Positions 17,346-27,957 of a stretch of DNA of 58,832 nucleotides are shown here, piece after piece. The notes under the pieces were generated by a model. It did no database searches. It worked only from the letters and a program-made list of their open reading frames with translations, and was not told the origin of the DNA. The stretch is taken from the NCBI GenBank assembly GCA_002496385.1, contig DAJR01000022.1:1-58832 (forward strand). Direction: 5' to 3'. The first letter of the stretch is position 1. Each line of letters starts with the position of its first letter. This DNA comes from Methanomassiliicoccales archaeon UBA147 (GTDB lineage Archaea > Thermoplasmatota > Thermoplasmata > SG8-5). Position numbers and translations under genes: made by a program.

Positions 17346-20093
17346 TTAATTTTCCTGGCAACTTATTTTTTTTATGTGATTTTCAACATTTTCCGCAAGT
17401 TCATTAGCCCCGATTTCCTTATAATAATTCTTGGATGTCTCGAAGTAGCCAATCGCACCTTTGATATCGCCCATATCCTGATAAATAAGAGCAAGATCAT
17501 AATATGTGGTTGCAAGGTCAAATGGTATCCATTGTTGTTCTATAATTTTAATACTTTTTTGAGTTACTTCTATAGCTTTATTCCATAATTTCTTATGCCG
17601 ATAGATTATCCCAAGGCTGCGAAGAGCGCCATTGATACCCAATTCGTCATTTAATTTCTCCAAAACAAGAAGGGCTTTACTACAGAATTCTTCAGCTTTC
17701 TCAAGTTCTCCTATATTAGCTAACGCCTCTGCATAATGGAACAATGACCATCCGACCATTAATCTATTACCAATCTTTTCAGAAATTGCTTGACACTTGT
17801 TTATGGCATCTAAAGCCCGTTCCCAATCCTTCAGTCGTAGGTAGGTATCTCCTAAATTATTGTATGCTCTTGTTAATTCAGATAAATTTCCAATTTTCTC
17901 TAATTCGTTAATGCTTTTTATGTAGCATTCGATTGCCTTCTCAAATTTCCCCCAGTTGTGGTAAACATTACCCATATCTATATACGTTATCGCTATAGAA
18001 TAAGAGCCACCGGCTTTCAAGGAGTGATATATGCTCTGATTATAATGTTTCATGGCTTGGTCATTTTCTCCTTTTCTCCAGTGCAGATATCCCAGCCCCC
18101 TCTCAATTTCTCCAATGCTGGTTTGATTGTGTAATCGTTTAGCTATCTCAATAGCATTTTGATAATCTATCTCAGCTCCTTTGCAGTTACCGATAGAACG
18201 TTTTGAATGGCCAATAAAAGTAATGGCGGTCAAGATCAAATTTTCATTTTTTATTTTTTGCCCCATTATTAGTGCTTTCTCATAATATTTAATAGAATTA
18301 TTCCATTCTGAAATCTCATAAAAAAGGTTTCCCAGGCGCATATATACATTTCCTAAATCAGCATCTCTAGTATCTGATTGTTTATTTCCATGCAGGATAG
18401 TTAATGCATAATTGTAGAGTCGTATCGCCTCTTCATTCGCATACCTCTCCTTCGCCGCATCAGCCGCCTTGATGAGATATTCTCCCGCCCTCACATCCTT
18501 GGCCCAATACAAATGGTATGCTAAATCGCTCAATACCGAGTCAATGTCGTCTTTGTGGAGTTCCATGATGGTGTCGGCGACCAGCCTGTGATATTCCAGC
18601 TTCAGCTCGTCAATTATTTCTGAGTAGAGCACTTCCCTGACCTTGGCATGGTCGAACCTGAACCTCTTTTCCATGGAATGTATCAGCTTGTGCGTCTTCT
18701 CGATGTCGCTGAGATTTTTTAACAGCGCCAGCTTGTTCAGGTCCATGGTCTTGCCGACCACTTCGGTCTGGAACTCCTCCCCGACCACGGAGGCGCAATC
18801 CAGTATCTCGCGCTGGTCCTTTTTCAACCGGTCCAGGCGGCGCTTCACGACATCGTACACTTTGCTGGGGATGTCCATTTTCTCCAGGCCGGTTGTGGCT
18901 GTCCAGGTCCCTTCCTCGTCCTGCTTTATCCAGCCTTCCTCGGCTAGCAATTTCACGACTTCCAGCACGAAGAAAGGCGTGCCCTCGGTCTCTCTGAATA
19001 TTCTGTCATAAAGCTCATTCTCGAAATTGACCGTGCCCAGCGTCGTCCTGACCAGCTCCTCTGTCCCGGCCCGGTCCAGCCTGTCGAGATCAATCTTCTC
19101 CAGCAGGTCCTCCCTTGTCATGTTCTGCATCGCGGTCTCAAGCTGATGCGCCTTGCCATCCGATTGCTGGACGATATCTTCCGGCCGGTAATCGCCGACA
19201 ATGAGCACCGGATTGTTCTTGGTGTTCCTGGCAAGGTAATGAAGCAGCCCAAGTGTGCTCGGGTCCGCCCAGTGCAGGTCGTCGAGGAAAAGGAGTATTG
19301 GCTGTTCTTGCGCCAATCTCTGGATACCGAGCAAAACGTTGTCAAGCAAATTTTCTTGTCTGATCTTCGGGTCGTCCACCAGGAACTTACCGTCGTACTT
19401 ACCGCTCTTTATCAGCTTTGAGGTGATGGAATCGATGCCCTCCAGCTTTCCGAGGTCCCCGTCCCAGTCCTTGAGAACATTGCTGAAACTGAACTGAACG
19501 TCGGCAAGAACGCTTCTCATGTCGCTGACCAGGAATTCGCTGAAACTGCCTTTGGTCACAACAGCTAGGTACAGACCTTCCGATTCTTCCACCAGAATCT
19601 TGTATTCCTGGTATCCGATGCTGTTCAGCCCGCCGGTTCTGTCGACATTGTCCACCATCTGCATGGAGTCCTTGACAAAGCTTCCGACGGCTTTCAGCAT
19701 CGAGCCAAATATGTAGGGGTCCAGTCCCAATTCTTCCCTGACTGACTTTGCAATCAAAAGTCCGGCATCGTTCATAAGATATGCGGAAACGACCAATGGC
19801 GGCGGGTCGCCCGATATGAGATGGAACAACCCGGCCTCCCGAAGGGCTGATTTTATGGGCATCAATGGCTCAAGACTCTCTAAAAGGCACCGACCTTGAA
19901 TTACCTGAACGTTTTTGGATTCCGCAGCTTTAATGAGTTCTGAAACCAGCCGGGTCTTGCCGATGCCAGCTTCACCGGCGATGAAGATTGTGGAGCCCTT
20001 GCCGACAAGGGAGTTGTCCAGCGAGTGCTTGAGCTTTGTTAATTCGGTCTCACGGCCGATGAGGGCAGGCTGCTGGATGGCCAGCTCAGGCAT
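17346..20093 (-). CDS. STAND(SWACOS-like) ATPase with longin-like insert and TPR C-terminus, array copy 8 (last)
   Basis: GEAGIGKT, LFLDDLHWAD, EGTPFF, TPR helices. Start MPELAIQQ overlaps the upstream stop. Lacks the conserved W..KC tail. Confidence 0.88.
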   Translation of the reverse strand: MPELAIQQPALIGRETELTKLKHSLDNSLVGKGSTIFIAGEAGIGKTRLVSELIKAAESKNVQVIQGRCLLESLEPLMPIKSALREAGLFHLISGDPPPLVVSAYLMNDAGLLIAKSVREELGLDPYIFGSMLKAVGSFVKDSMQMVDNVDRTGGLNSIGYQEYKILVEESEGLYLAVVTKGSFSEFLVSDMRSVLADVQFSFSNVLKDWDGDLGKLEGIDSITSKLIKSGKYDGKFLVDDPKIRQENLLDNVLLGIQRLAQEQPILLFLDDLHWADPSTLGLLHYLARNTKNNPVLIVGDYRPEDIVQQSDGKAHQLETAMQNMTREDLLEKIDLDRLDRAGTEELVRTTLGTVNFENELYDRIFRETEGTPFFVLEVVKLLAEEGWIKQDEEGTWTATTGLEKMDIPSKVYDVVKRRLDRLKKDQREILDCASVVGEEFQTEVVGKTMDLNKLALLKNLSDIEKTHKLIHSMEKRFRFDHAKVREVLYSEIIDELKLEYHRLVADTIMELHKDDIDSVLSDLAYHLYWAKDVRAGEYLIKAADAAKERYANEEAIRLYNYALTILHGNKQSDTRDADLGNVYMRLGNLFYEISEWNNSIKYYEKALIMGQKIKNENLILTAITFIGHSKRSIGNCKGAEIDYQNAIEIAKRLHNQTSIGEIERGLGYLHWRKGENDQAMKHYNQSIYHSLKAGGSYSIAITYIDMGNVYHNWGKFEKAIECYIKSINELEKIGNLSELTRAYNNLGDTYLRLKDWERALDAINKCQAISEKIGNRLMVGWSLFHYAEALANIGELEKAEEFCSKALLVLEKLNDELGINGALRSLGIIYRHKKLWNKAIEVTQKSIKIIEQQWIPFDLATTYYDLALIYQDMGDIKGAIGYFETSKNYYKEIGANELAENVENHIKKISCQEN

Positions 20094-23000
20094 CGGGGAG
20101 TTCCTCCAGGGCGTCGCGGCACTTGTCAATCCAGAGCTTCCAGTTCAACTCCTGGTAAAGCTTGAGGGATTCTTCAAGATGGTCCCTGGCTTTGGCATGG
20201 TCGCCCTTGGCTTTCCAGAGGAGGCCGTACTCGTAAAATAACTTGCCCCTATCTTGTTTATGCACATAAGAACCAAATGGTGAATCATTTAATAACTTCT
20301 TAACTTTTTCAAAACATTCAATGGCTTGTTCCCATTCTTTTTTTTCCCTGAAAACCATTCCAAATATTTGATTCGATCGAATTGCTTCCCAATTTGTATC
20401 TCTTAATTTACTAGTTTCTAGAACCTTCTCAGCATTTGCAAATGCTTCATGAATATTGCCCATCTCAAGGTATACTTCTGCTAGGCCAATATATATCTCC
20501 AATAATTCCCAGTTATCTCTCTTTTCCAAACTAACATTAAGGCTTTTTTGAAGCAATTTCACAGCTTGGTTAAGTTCACCTTTTTGTTTATGCGCCATTC
20601 CGATACATGTCAATAGGAATGATTTTTCATCAGAATTTTCTTTATGCTTTGATTCTATTTGATTTAGACCTATTTTATAGTACTCGAAGGCTTTATCTAC
20701 CTCACCTAAGTTTATATGAAGATGGCCAATTGAGGATAAACTTGACTCAATTATATCTTCTATTCCAATTTTTAAAGCTATTTGATAGGACTGGGAGTAA
20801 TATGATAATGCTTTTTCTACCTCCCCCTGTAATTCGCATAGCTCGCCGTAAAACCATATAACTTGCCATGTTTGGCTTTTTATGCCCCCCTTCAAGCTAA
20901 TTTGAAGGCTTTCTTCATAACATTTTTGTGCCTGAATTAAGTCATCTCTATTTCTATTTAATATTCCAATACCTAACATAATAAATGAAATTACATTTTT
21001 ATCTCCAATTTTCTTTTTTATCGCTAAACTTTTATTATAATACTGGATTGCTTTATTCCAATTATCAGATTCTCCCCACATCGCATTTCCTCTGTTATGA
21101 AATAATAATCCAATCTCAGCGAGAGTGTCTGAAATTTCAATTTCATCTCCGATTTCTTCCCTTAATTTCAAAGCAGTTTCAAAATGCAATAGCGCTTCTT
21201 TGTATTGCTTATCTAATGGTTCGTCCGAATATGCAAAATACATACCACCAAGATTATTATGTGCACGAGCTATCTCCCTATTATCTTGTATTTTAAGTGC
21301 CATTTGTAATTCCGCATAGTATATCTCGCGTCTTTGATTCCAGCTATCTCGTGAATTGCAATAAATTCCATCTCCCTTAGTACCTAATAATCTCGCAACC
21401 TCAACACAATCTTCTCCATTTAAAAGGGCCAGGCCTTTCTCACACTCATCTTGCATAGCGTCTCTTTTATCTTGGGAACCATATGTTTTTGCTATTTTAC
21501 AATGTAATCCCGCCTTTCTTTCTAAATTAGTTTCGAATTTGATTGCATTTTGATAATTTTCTAATGCTTTGTCCGGCTCGCTGATTAGCTTGTGGATATC
21601 CCCCAATTGCTCATGCGCCCTCTTCCTCATCTCCTTATCGTCCACCACCTCCAGCGCATAATTGTAAAACCTTATCGCCTCCTCATTCGCATACTTCTCC
21701 TTCGCCGCCTCCGCCGCCTTGATGAGGTACTCCCCGGCCTTCTCATCCTTCGCCTTGTAATAATGCATGGCCAGCTCGCTCAGCACCGATTCCGGGTCGT
21801 CCTTGTGCAACTCGGCAATCGAATCCGCGACCAGCCTGTGGTATTCCACCTTCAACTCGTCGATGATCTCATCGTATAGAACAGCCCTGACCTTGGCATG
21901 ATCGAACCTGAATTTTTTCTCCATGGAATGGATTAACTTATGGGTTTTTTCGATGTCGCTGAGATTCTTTAACAGCGCCAGCTTATTCAGGTCCATGGTC
22001 TTGCCGACGATGTCGGTCCGGAACTCCTCGCCCACCACTGACGCGCAATCCAGTATCTCGCGCTGGTCCTTTTTCAACCGGTCCAGGCGGCGCTTCACGA
22101 CATCGTACACTTTGCTGGGGATGTCCATCTTATCGAGGCCGGTCGTTGCTGTCCAGGTGCCGGAATCGTCCTGCTTGATCCAGCCTTCCTCGGCCAGCAG
22201 CTTCACGACCTCCAGCACGAAGAACGGCGTGCCCTCGGTCTCCTTGTATATTTTTTCGTACAGGTCCGGACTGAAACTGCTCTTGCCCAGCGTTGTGTTG
22301 ACCAGCTCCTCAGTCCCGGCCCGGTCCAGCCTGGTCAGCTCTATCTTGCCGAGCAAATCCTCCCTGGTCATGTTCTGCATGACAACATCCAGTTGATGTG
22401 GTTTTCCGTCCGATTGCTGGACTATGTCCTCGGGCCTGTAATCCCCGACTATCAGGACTTTGTCGCTCCTTGTGTTTCTCGCGAGGTAATTCACCAGGCT
22501 CAGGGTGCTCGGGTCGGCCCATTGCAGGTCGTCGAGGAACAGCAGCAGGGGCCTGTCTGCGGACAATCTCTGAACCCCGAGCAGAACGTTATCGAATACG
22601 TTCTCCTGGCGTATCCTTGGGTCGTCCACCAAGAATTTACCGTCGTACTTACCGCTGGTAATCAGCCTGGAGATTATGGGCTTGATGCCGCTGACCTTGC
22701 CCAGGTCCCCGTCCCAACCCTTCAGGATATTGTCGAAATTGGTATGCACGTCTGCTAGGGCGTTCTTCATGTCGCCGACCAGGAATTCGCTCATGCTGCC
22801 TTTGATGACCGCTGCCAGGCTGAGGCCGCCCGATTGCTCGATCAGTATCTTGTATTCCTTGTAACCGAGAATGTTCAGGCCGCCTGGCCTTTCATCTTGC
22901 TCCACAAGGCGCATCGAGTCCCTGACGAAGCTCCCCACCGCGGTCAGCATGGAACCGAAGATGTCCGGGTCCAGGCCAAGCTCTTCTCTTTCCGCCTTGG

Positions 23001-23343
23001 CGATGGGGAGGCCGGCCTCGTTGGTCAGATACGCGGAGACAAGAAGGGGCGGCGGATCCCCGGAGATGAGGTGGAACAAGCCAGACTCCCGAAGCGCGGT
23101 CTTTATGGGCATCAGCGGCTCAAGGCTTTCGAGGAGGCATCTGCATGGGATTATCTGGGCATTCTTCGAAATAGCGGCATTGAAAAGCTCGGAAGCCAGC
23201 CGGGTCTTGCCTATCCCGGCTTCCCCGGCGATGAAGATTGTCGAACCTTTGCCTGCGATGGCATCGTCCAGGTATTGCTTCAGTTTGGTTAATTCAGCGT
23301 CGCGGCCGATGAGGGCAGGCTGGCGCAAAGCTAACTCTTCCAT
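20086..23343 (-). CDS. STAND ATPase-longin-TPR, array copy 7
   Basis: Same motifs. Start taken at MEELALRQ (GTG 23352 is an alternative). Ends WIDKCRDALEELPDA. Confidence 0.88.
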   Translation of the reverse strand: MEELALRQPALIGRDAELTKLKQYLDDAIAGKGSTIFIAGEAGIGKTRLASELFNAAISKNAQIIPCRCLLESLEPLMPIKTALRESGLFHLISGDPPPLLVSAYLTNEAGLPIAKAEREELGLDPDIFGSMLTAVGSFVRDSMRLVEQDERPGGLNILGYKEYKILIEQSGGLSLAAVIKGSMSEFLVGDMKNALADVHTNFDNILKGWDGDLGKVSGIKPIISRLITSGKYDGKFLVDDPRIRQENVFDNVLLGVQRLSADRPLLLFLDDLQWADPSTLSLVNYLARNTRSDKVLIVGDYRPEDIVQQSDGKPHQLDVVMQNMTREDLLGKIELTRLDRAGTEELVNTTLGKSSFSPDLYEKIYKETEGTPFFVLEVVKLLAEEGWIKQDDSGTWTATTGLDKMDIPSKVYDVVKRRLDRLKKDQREILDCASVVGEEFRTDIVGKTMDLNKLALLKNLSDIEKTHKLIHSMEKKFRFDHAKVRAVLYDEIIDELKVEYHRLVADSIAELHKDDPESVLSELAMHYYKAKDEKAGEYLIKAAEAAKEKYANEEAIRFYNYALEVVDDKEMRKRAHEQLGDIHKLISEPDKALENYQNAIKFETNLERKAGLHCKIAKTYGSQDKRDAMQDECEKGLALLNGEDCVEVARLLGTKGDGIYCNSRDSWNQRREIYYAELQMALKIQDNREIARAHNNLGGMYFAYSDEPLDKQYKEALLHFETALKLREEIGDEIEISDTLAEIGLLFHNRGNAMWGESDNWNKAIQYYNKSLAIKKKIGDKNVISFIMLGIGILNRNRDDLIQAQKCYEESLQISLKGGIKSQTWQVIWFYGELCELQGEVEKALSYYSQSYQIALKIGIEDIIESSLSSIGHLHINLGEVDKAFEYYKIGLNQIESKHKENSDEKSFLLTCIGMAHKQKGELNQAVKLLQKSLNVSLEKRDNWELLEIYIGLAEVYLEMGNIHEAFANAEKVLETSKLRDTNWEAIRSNQIFGMVFREKKEWEQAIECFEKVKKLLNDSPFGSYVHKQDRGKLFYEYGLLWKAKGDHAKARDHLEESLKLYQELNWKLWIDKCRDALEELPDA

Positions 23344-23474
23344 GTCAATCACTGGAAGGTGTAAAGAACACGGATGTTAAAAGGGTTTCTGAGGGGAACT
23401 ATGTGGCGGGAAATCAAGGCATCGGGCATCTCTTCCTCATAGTCCCCTGAGCGCTATCACGATGCAGTGAAGAA

Positions 23475-24620
23475 TTAGCCCATTTTTTTCTGGACGAATG
23501 CTTTGAACAAAGGGTGAAACAATCGGTATTTGCCTCTGGACGTTCTCAGGACAATTTCCTTTTCTACAAGCCTGGTTAGGTGCGTGCCCCTCTTCGACAT
23601 TTTTGCGCGAGACTGGATCTCAGAAAATGACAGCGTATCTTCTTTGCTCTTAGCAAAAGCAAACAATATCTTCTTCTCTTCTTCCGATGCCCGGTCCAAC
23701 ATGGGCCCGAAAATGTCGTTTCCCAGAATATCTACAATTACTGGCATGATTGCGCTAAGCTTCTTCGGGGTCAATTTTCCTTTTCCGTTCAGCTCCCGAA
23801 AGGCAGAGAAGCATACTGCTTTCAGGATGTATGGGTGGCCCTCGCTGAGGCGGTGGATTTCGGCCTGGGCTTCCTTTGATATGCTGAAATCGGAAATCTC
23901 CCTGATGGGCAATGTCATCGCTTCCGCGCTTTCCTGTTCCGTGAACTCTTCGAGAGTTATCCGGCGGAAGAACCTGGCAGTCGGAGAATATAGTTTGGCC
24001 GATGTGTCATAAAAAATCTTCTTCCCGCTGAGAATGGCCATAATTTTGCATCCGCTTCTCGGAAGCGCCTGGAAAACATTCCTGATAGTCTCGACCACCT
24101 TGAAGAGTTCCTGCTTATCCAGAAACTCCAGGTTATCGATCATTATGATGACTATCCGGTCCTTATCGGCTATGGCTTCCCACAATGATTGCAAGGTTGA
24201 TTCGAAACGTATCGGTGTGTACCCGGCATTTCCCTCGTTCTGTTCAGCGATCCGGTCCAGCCGGGGAGATTTCATCTCTCGGATGCCTCCAGCAGGCAAA
24301 CCGAGTTTGGGATATTCGCGTAATATCTGGTGGAGAAACTTCTGTACAATGGCATGAAGGACTGCATCGGATGTTTGGCCGCTTTGCACATCAATGATGA
24401 AGGAGATTGCACCGAATTCTTTTGAAGCGATTTCCTGGGCCTTCAGGAGGAGCGCGGTCTTCCCGATTCCCCACTCACCGACCACTGCGATATTCAGAGA
24501 CTTTGCATGTGAAGTGTACTTGAATGCTTCCACCATACTCTGGAGAACCTGTTTTCTTCCCGCAAAATTAGGGGGTTCGACGGGATATGCCGGCATATAT
24601 GGATTGATGGTATCGAGCAT
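23475..24620 (-). CDS. Stand-alone AAA/STAND-like ATPase with C-terminal winged helix (unrelated to array copies)
   Basis: NPY..P..FAGR, GEWGIGKT, IMIDNLE, SEGHPY, C-terminal GKYRLFHPLF wHTH-type end. Confidence 0.8.
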   Translation of the reverse strand: MLDTINPYMPAYPVEPPNFAGRKQVLQSMVEAFKYTSHAKSLNIAVVGEWGIGKTALLLKAQEIASKEFGAISFIIDVQSGQTSDAVLHAIVQKFLHQILREYPKLGLPAGGIREMKSPRLDRIAEQNEGNAGYTPIRFESTLQSLWEAIADKDRIVIIMIDNLEFLDKQELFKVVETIRNVFQALPRSGCKIMAILSGKKIFYDTSAKLYSPTARFFRRITLEEFTEQESAEAMTLPIREISDFSISKEAQAEIHRLSEGHPYILKAVCFSAFRELNGKGKLTPKKLSAIMPVIVDILGNDIFGPMLDRASEEEKKILFAFAKSKEDTLSFSEIQSRAKMSKRGTHLTRLVEKEIVLRTSRGKYRLFHPLFKAFVQKKMG

Positions 24621-24760
24621 TGCATAACCTCAAACTTTTTGCCTCGTATAGTCATGGAAAATGCACTCTGATTTATATATGTATGTACACTATGTACACT
24701 TTGTTATTTTCCTTTGTGTACACTTCGTTCGATTTGTTATCTTTTACTGCAATGGGTAAT

Positions 24761-24898
24761 TCAGTGTTCGCCCGCCTCCCCCGCGATAAAGACGGTGGAG
24801 CCCTTGCCCACCACGGCATTGTCCAGCGACTGCTTCAGCTTGGATAATTCGGCGTCGCGGCCGATGAGGGCGGGCTGGCGGATGGGGAGGTCAGTCAT
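24761..24898 (-). pseudogene. Truncated ninth array copy (45 codons), broken within Walker A
   Basis: MTDLPIRQPALIGRDAELSKLKQSLDNAVVGKGSTVFIAGEAGEH*. The ATG overlaps the stop of copy 6, and homology ends abruptly at ~24770. Confidence 0.9.
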
Positions 24899-27800
24899 TC
24901 CAGGGCCTCCAGGGCGGTGCGGCACTTGTCGGCCCAGAGCTTCATGCTGGTTTTTTCAAATACCTCCCCAGCCTTTCTAATATGCTCTTTGCCCTCTGCA
25001 CGGGCCTCCTTAGCCAAACACATAAGGCCCCAATAATAGTTTGTTTCAGCGATTTCTATAGAAGAATTTTCCTTTTCATATTGAAGGACGGCAGCTGTGA
25101 ATTTCTTTTCCGCATTTGCGTAATCCCCCTTTTCCGAGAATAGAATACCGCAGACCTCCAAGCTTCTTCCTTGGTAGTTCATATAGTTTGATTTCGTGGA
25201 GATCTCTTCTGATTTGGCACACAATATTTCGGCATCGTCAAGTTTATTCAGCCTAATCGAAATTTCTGCCATGGATATTAAAGCATTTATCTGTCCACCT
25301 ATGTACCCTTCTTTTTCACTCAAAGCTTTGGCCCTTTCATACCATTTAGCCGCAGTCTGATACTCCTCCATCTCAAGATATATTGCACCAATGTTATTGC
25401 ACGAATATGCAATGACACTGCCTACATTCATTTTCTCACGCAATTCTAGGCTCCTGTGAGCGAATTGTAATGCTTCGTCGAAATTTCCCAATTTATTGTT
25501 TATCTCTCCAAGATTGTTGTAGTTGATTGCCATAGCCTCCAAATCGCCTGTTTTTTCTGACAGGTTCTTGGCTTTCTCCAAATGCTCAAGCGCCCCTATG
25601 GAATCTCCAGCATACCAACAAATGCAACTAATGTTGGTGTGCGCGGTTGCAATTCCGTCTAGATCCCCGATTCTCTCCATAATTTCTAAGCTTCTCTGAA
25701 AATAATCCTGAGCTTGCTCTGACATACCTTTGTCCATGTGAACAAGACCTATGCAATTAAATACCGTGGCTAAGCCCCGAATATTCCCGACCTTTTTCAT
25801 TATTTCAAGGGATTTTTCATAACAGGAAAGGGCATCATCAAATTTAAACAGCCTCAGAAAAACATTGCCCAATAGAAGCATAGCCTTTCCAAATTCTTCC
25901 TCCATATCCGCCCTGTTTTTTAAGATATCAGTGCCCTTAACAATGTGCGTTAATGCTTCATCATGCTGAAATTGTCTCCAGTACAAATTTCCCTTGGCAA
26001 TGTGCAGCTTTGCATTCTCCACGGAATCTGTCTCCCCGATTAGCTTTTCGGCCATATCCAAACATTCTGCGCTCTTTAAATAATCTGGCTTATTGAGGTA
26101 AATGCCTCCCAGCTTTATTAGAATTTCAGTCTTTGTATCAACATCTTGTGTTGAATTCAGAATAATTTCATGTTGGTTGATAGCTTGGTCGCATTTCCCG
26201 GTCAGTTCATAAATATCTCCCATACTATTCCTGATTCGTGGATGCATTTGTGCTCCAACAATGCTCAGGGCATTGGTATACAGCCTTATAGCCTCCTCAT
26301 TGGCATACCTCTCCTTTGCCATTTCCGCGGCCTTGACCAGATACTCCCCAGCCCTCTCATCCTTTGCATGAAATAGATGGGCGGCCAGCTCGCTTAAAAC
26401 AGAGGCGATGTCATTCTTATGCAGTTCCAGAATTGTGTCCGCAATCAGCCTGTGATATTCCCGCCTTAGTTCTTCGCCCATGTCATTGTATAACACTTCC
26501 CTGACTTTGGCATGGTCGAATCTGTATCTGTCCTTTAAATAATGAAGCAGTTTGTGGTTTTTCTCTATCTCGCTTAGATTCTCTAGCAGCTGGAACCTAT
26601 CACGGCCCATGGCCTTGCCTATCACCTCAGAATGAAACTCCTCGCCCACAACACTGGCGCAGTCGAGTATCTTCCTCTGCTCCTTCATCAATCTATCCAG
26701 CCGCCTCTTCACGACATCATACACCTTGCTTGGGAGGTCCAGTTTATCCAACTCCTTGACCAGCGTCCATGCGCCCGAATTGTCAGGCTCGATGGCACTC
26801 TCCTCGGCCAGCAATTTCAGTATCTCCAGGACGAAGAATGGCGTGCCGTCCGTCTCTTTGTGAATCCTGTCGTAGAAGGGCGGGCCAAACCTGGCATTGC
26901 CAAGGGAGCTGTCAATTATGGCTTTGGTCGCATCCCTGCCCAGGCGCTTCAGCTCCACTTTGTCCAGCAAGTCCTCCCTGCCCATGTTCTGCATCGCCGT
27001 CTCCAGCTGGTGCGTCTGGCCGTCATAGGCCTGGACTATGTCCTCAGGGCGGTAGATCCCGAGCATCAACACGCGGTTCTTCCTAGTGTTCCGTGAAATG
27101 TAATGTAGCAAATTGAGAGTGGTTGGGTCGGCCCATTGTAGGTCGTCCAGGAACAACAGCAGCGGCTTCTCCGTTGAAGCCCTCTGAAACCCGAGCAGCA
27201 CATTGTCAAACAGGTTCTCCTGCCGTATTTTCGGGTCGTCCACCAGGAACCTGCCATCAAACTTGCCGCTGGTGATTAGGCGGGACAATATAGGTTCTAT
27301 CCCACCAACCCTTTCCAAGTCACCGTCCCATTCCTTCAGCGCAGAGCTATGTTTACATAGAATTTCTGATAGAATGCATCTCATATCGCTGACCAAAAAT
27401 TCGCTGAAACTGCCCTTGGTGACAATCGCCAGATGCAACTCTCCTGATTCTTCTATCAGTATCTTGTAATCCTTGAACCCAAGACTGTTCAGCCCGCCAG
27501 TTTGCTCAACATTGTCCATCTTTTGCATGGAATCTTTGACAAAATTGCCTACTGCGGTCAACATTGAACCGAATATGTATGGGTCCAACCCGAGCTCCTC
27601 GCGCTCATATTTGGCGATTAATAAGCCAGAATTGTTCAACAAATACGCCGACACGACCAGCGGCGGCGGGTCTCCCGAAATAAGATGGAACAATCCCGCC
27701 TCCCGCAGCGCGGTCTTCACCGGCATCAGCGGCTCTAAAGATTCCGCGAGGCACCAGCCCCGAATTACCCGGGCACCCTTCTTCTCGGCCTCATAAATTA

Positions 27801-27957
27801 ACTCAGATACGAGCCGGGTCTTCCCGATGCCCGCCTCCCCCGCGATGAAGACGGTCGAGCCTTTTCCGGCGATGGCGCTGTCCAGGGACTGCTTCAGTTT
27901 GGTTAATTCAGCGTCGCGGCCGATGAGGGCGGGCTGGTGGATGGCCTGTTCTTTCAT
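24895..27957 (-). CDS. STAND ATPase-longin-TPR, array copy 6
   Basis: GEAGIGKT, LFLDDLQWAD, DGTPFF, TPR repeats (NNLGEIN, NNIGAIY). Ends WADKCRTALEALE. Confidence 0.88.
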   Translation of the reverse strand: MKEQAIHQPALIGRDAELTKLKQSLDSAIAGKGSTVFIAGEAGIGKTRLVSELIYEAEKKGARVIRGWCLAESLEPLMPVKTALREAGLFHLISGDPPPLVVSAYLLNNSGLLIAKYEREELGLDPYIFGSMLTAVGNFVKDSMQKMDNVEQTGGLNSLGFKDYKILIEESGELHLAIVTKGSFSEFLVSDMRCILSEILCKHSSALKEWDGDLERVGGIEPILSRLITSGKFDGRFLVDDPKIRQENLFDNVLLGFQRASTEKPLLLFLDDLQWADPTTLNLLHYISRNTRKNRVLMLGIYRPEDIVQAYDGQTHQLETAMQNMGREDLLDKVELKRLGRDATKAIIDSSLGNARFGPPFYDRIHKETDGTPFFVLEILKLLAEESAIEPDNSGAWTLVKELDKLDLPSKVYDVVKRRLDRLMKEQRKILDCASVVGEEFHSEVIGKAMGRDRFQLLENLSEIEKNHKLLHYLKDRYRFDHAKVREVLYNDMGEELRREYHRLIADTILELHKNDIASVLSELAAHLFHAKDERAGEYLVKAAEMAKERYANEEAIRLYTNALSIVGAQMHPRIRNSMGDIYELTGKCDQAINQHEIILNSTQDVDTKTEILIKLGGIYLNKPDYLKSAECLDMAEKLIGETDSVENAKLHIAKGNLYWRQFQHDEALTHIVKGTDILKNRADMEEEFGKAMLLLGNVFLRLFKFDDALSCYEKSLEIMKKVGNIRGLATVFNCIGLVHMDKGMSEQAQDYFQRSLEIMERIGDLDGIATAHTNISCICWYAGDSIGALEHLEKAKNLSEKTGDLEAMAINYNNLGEINNKLGNFDEALQFAHRSLELREKMNVGSVIAYSCNNIGAIYLEMEEYQTAAKWYERAKALSEKEGYIGGQINALISMAEISIRLNKLDDAEILCAKSEEISTKSNYMNYQGRSLEVCGILFSEKGDYANAEKKFTAAVLQYEKENSSIEIAETNYYWGLMCLAKEARAEGKEHIRKAGEVFEKTSMKLWADKCRTALEALE

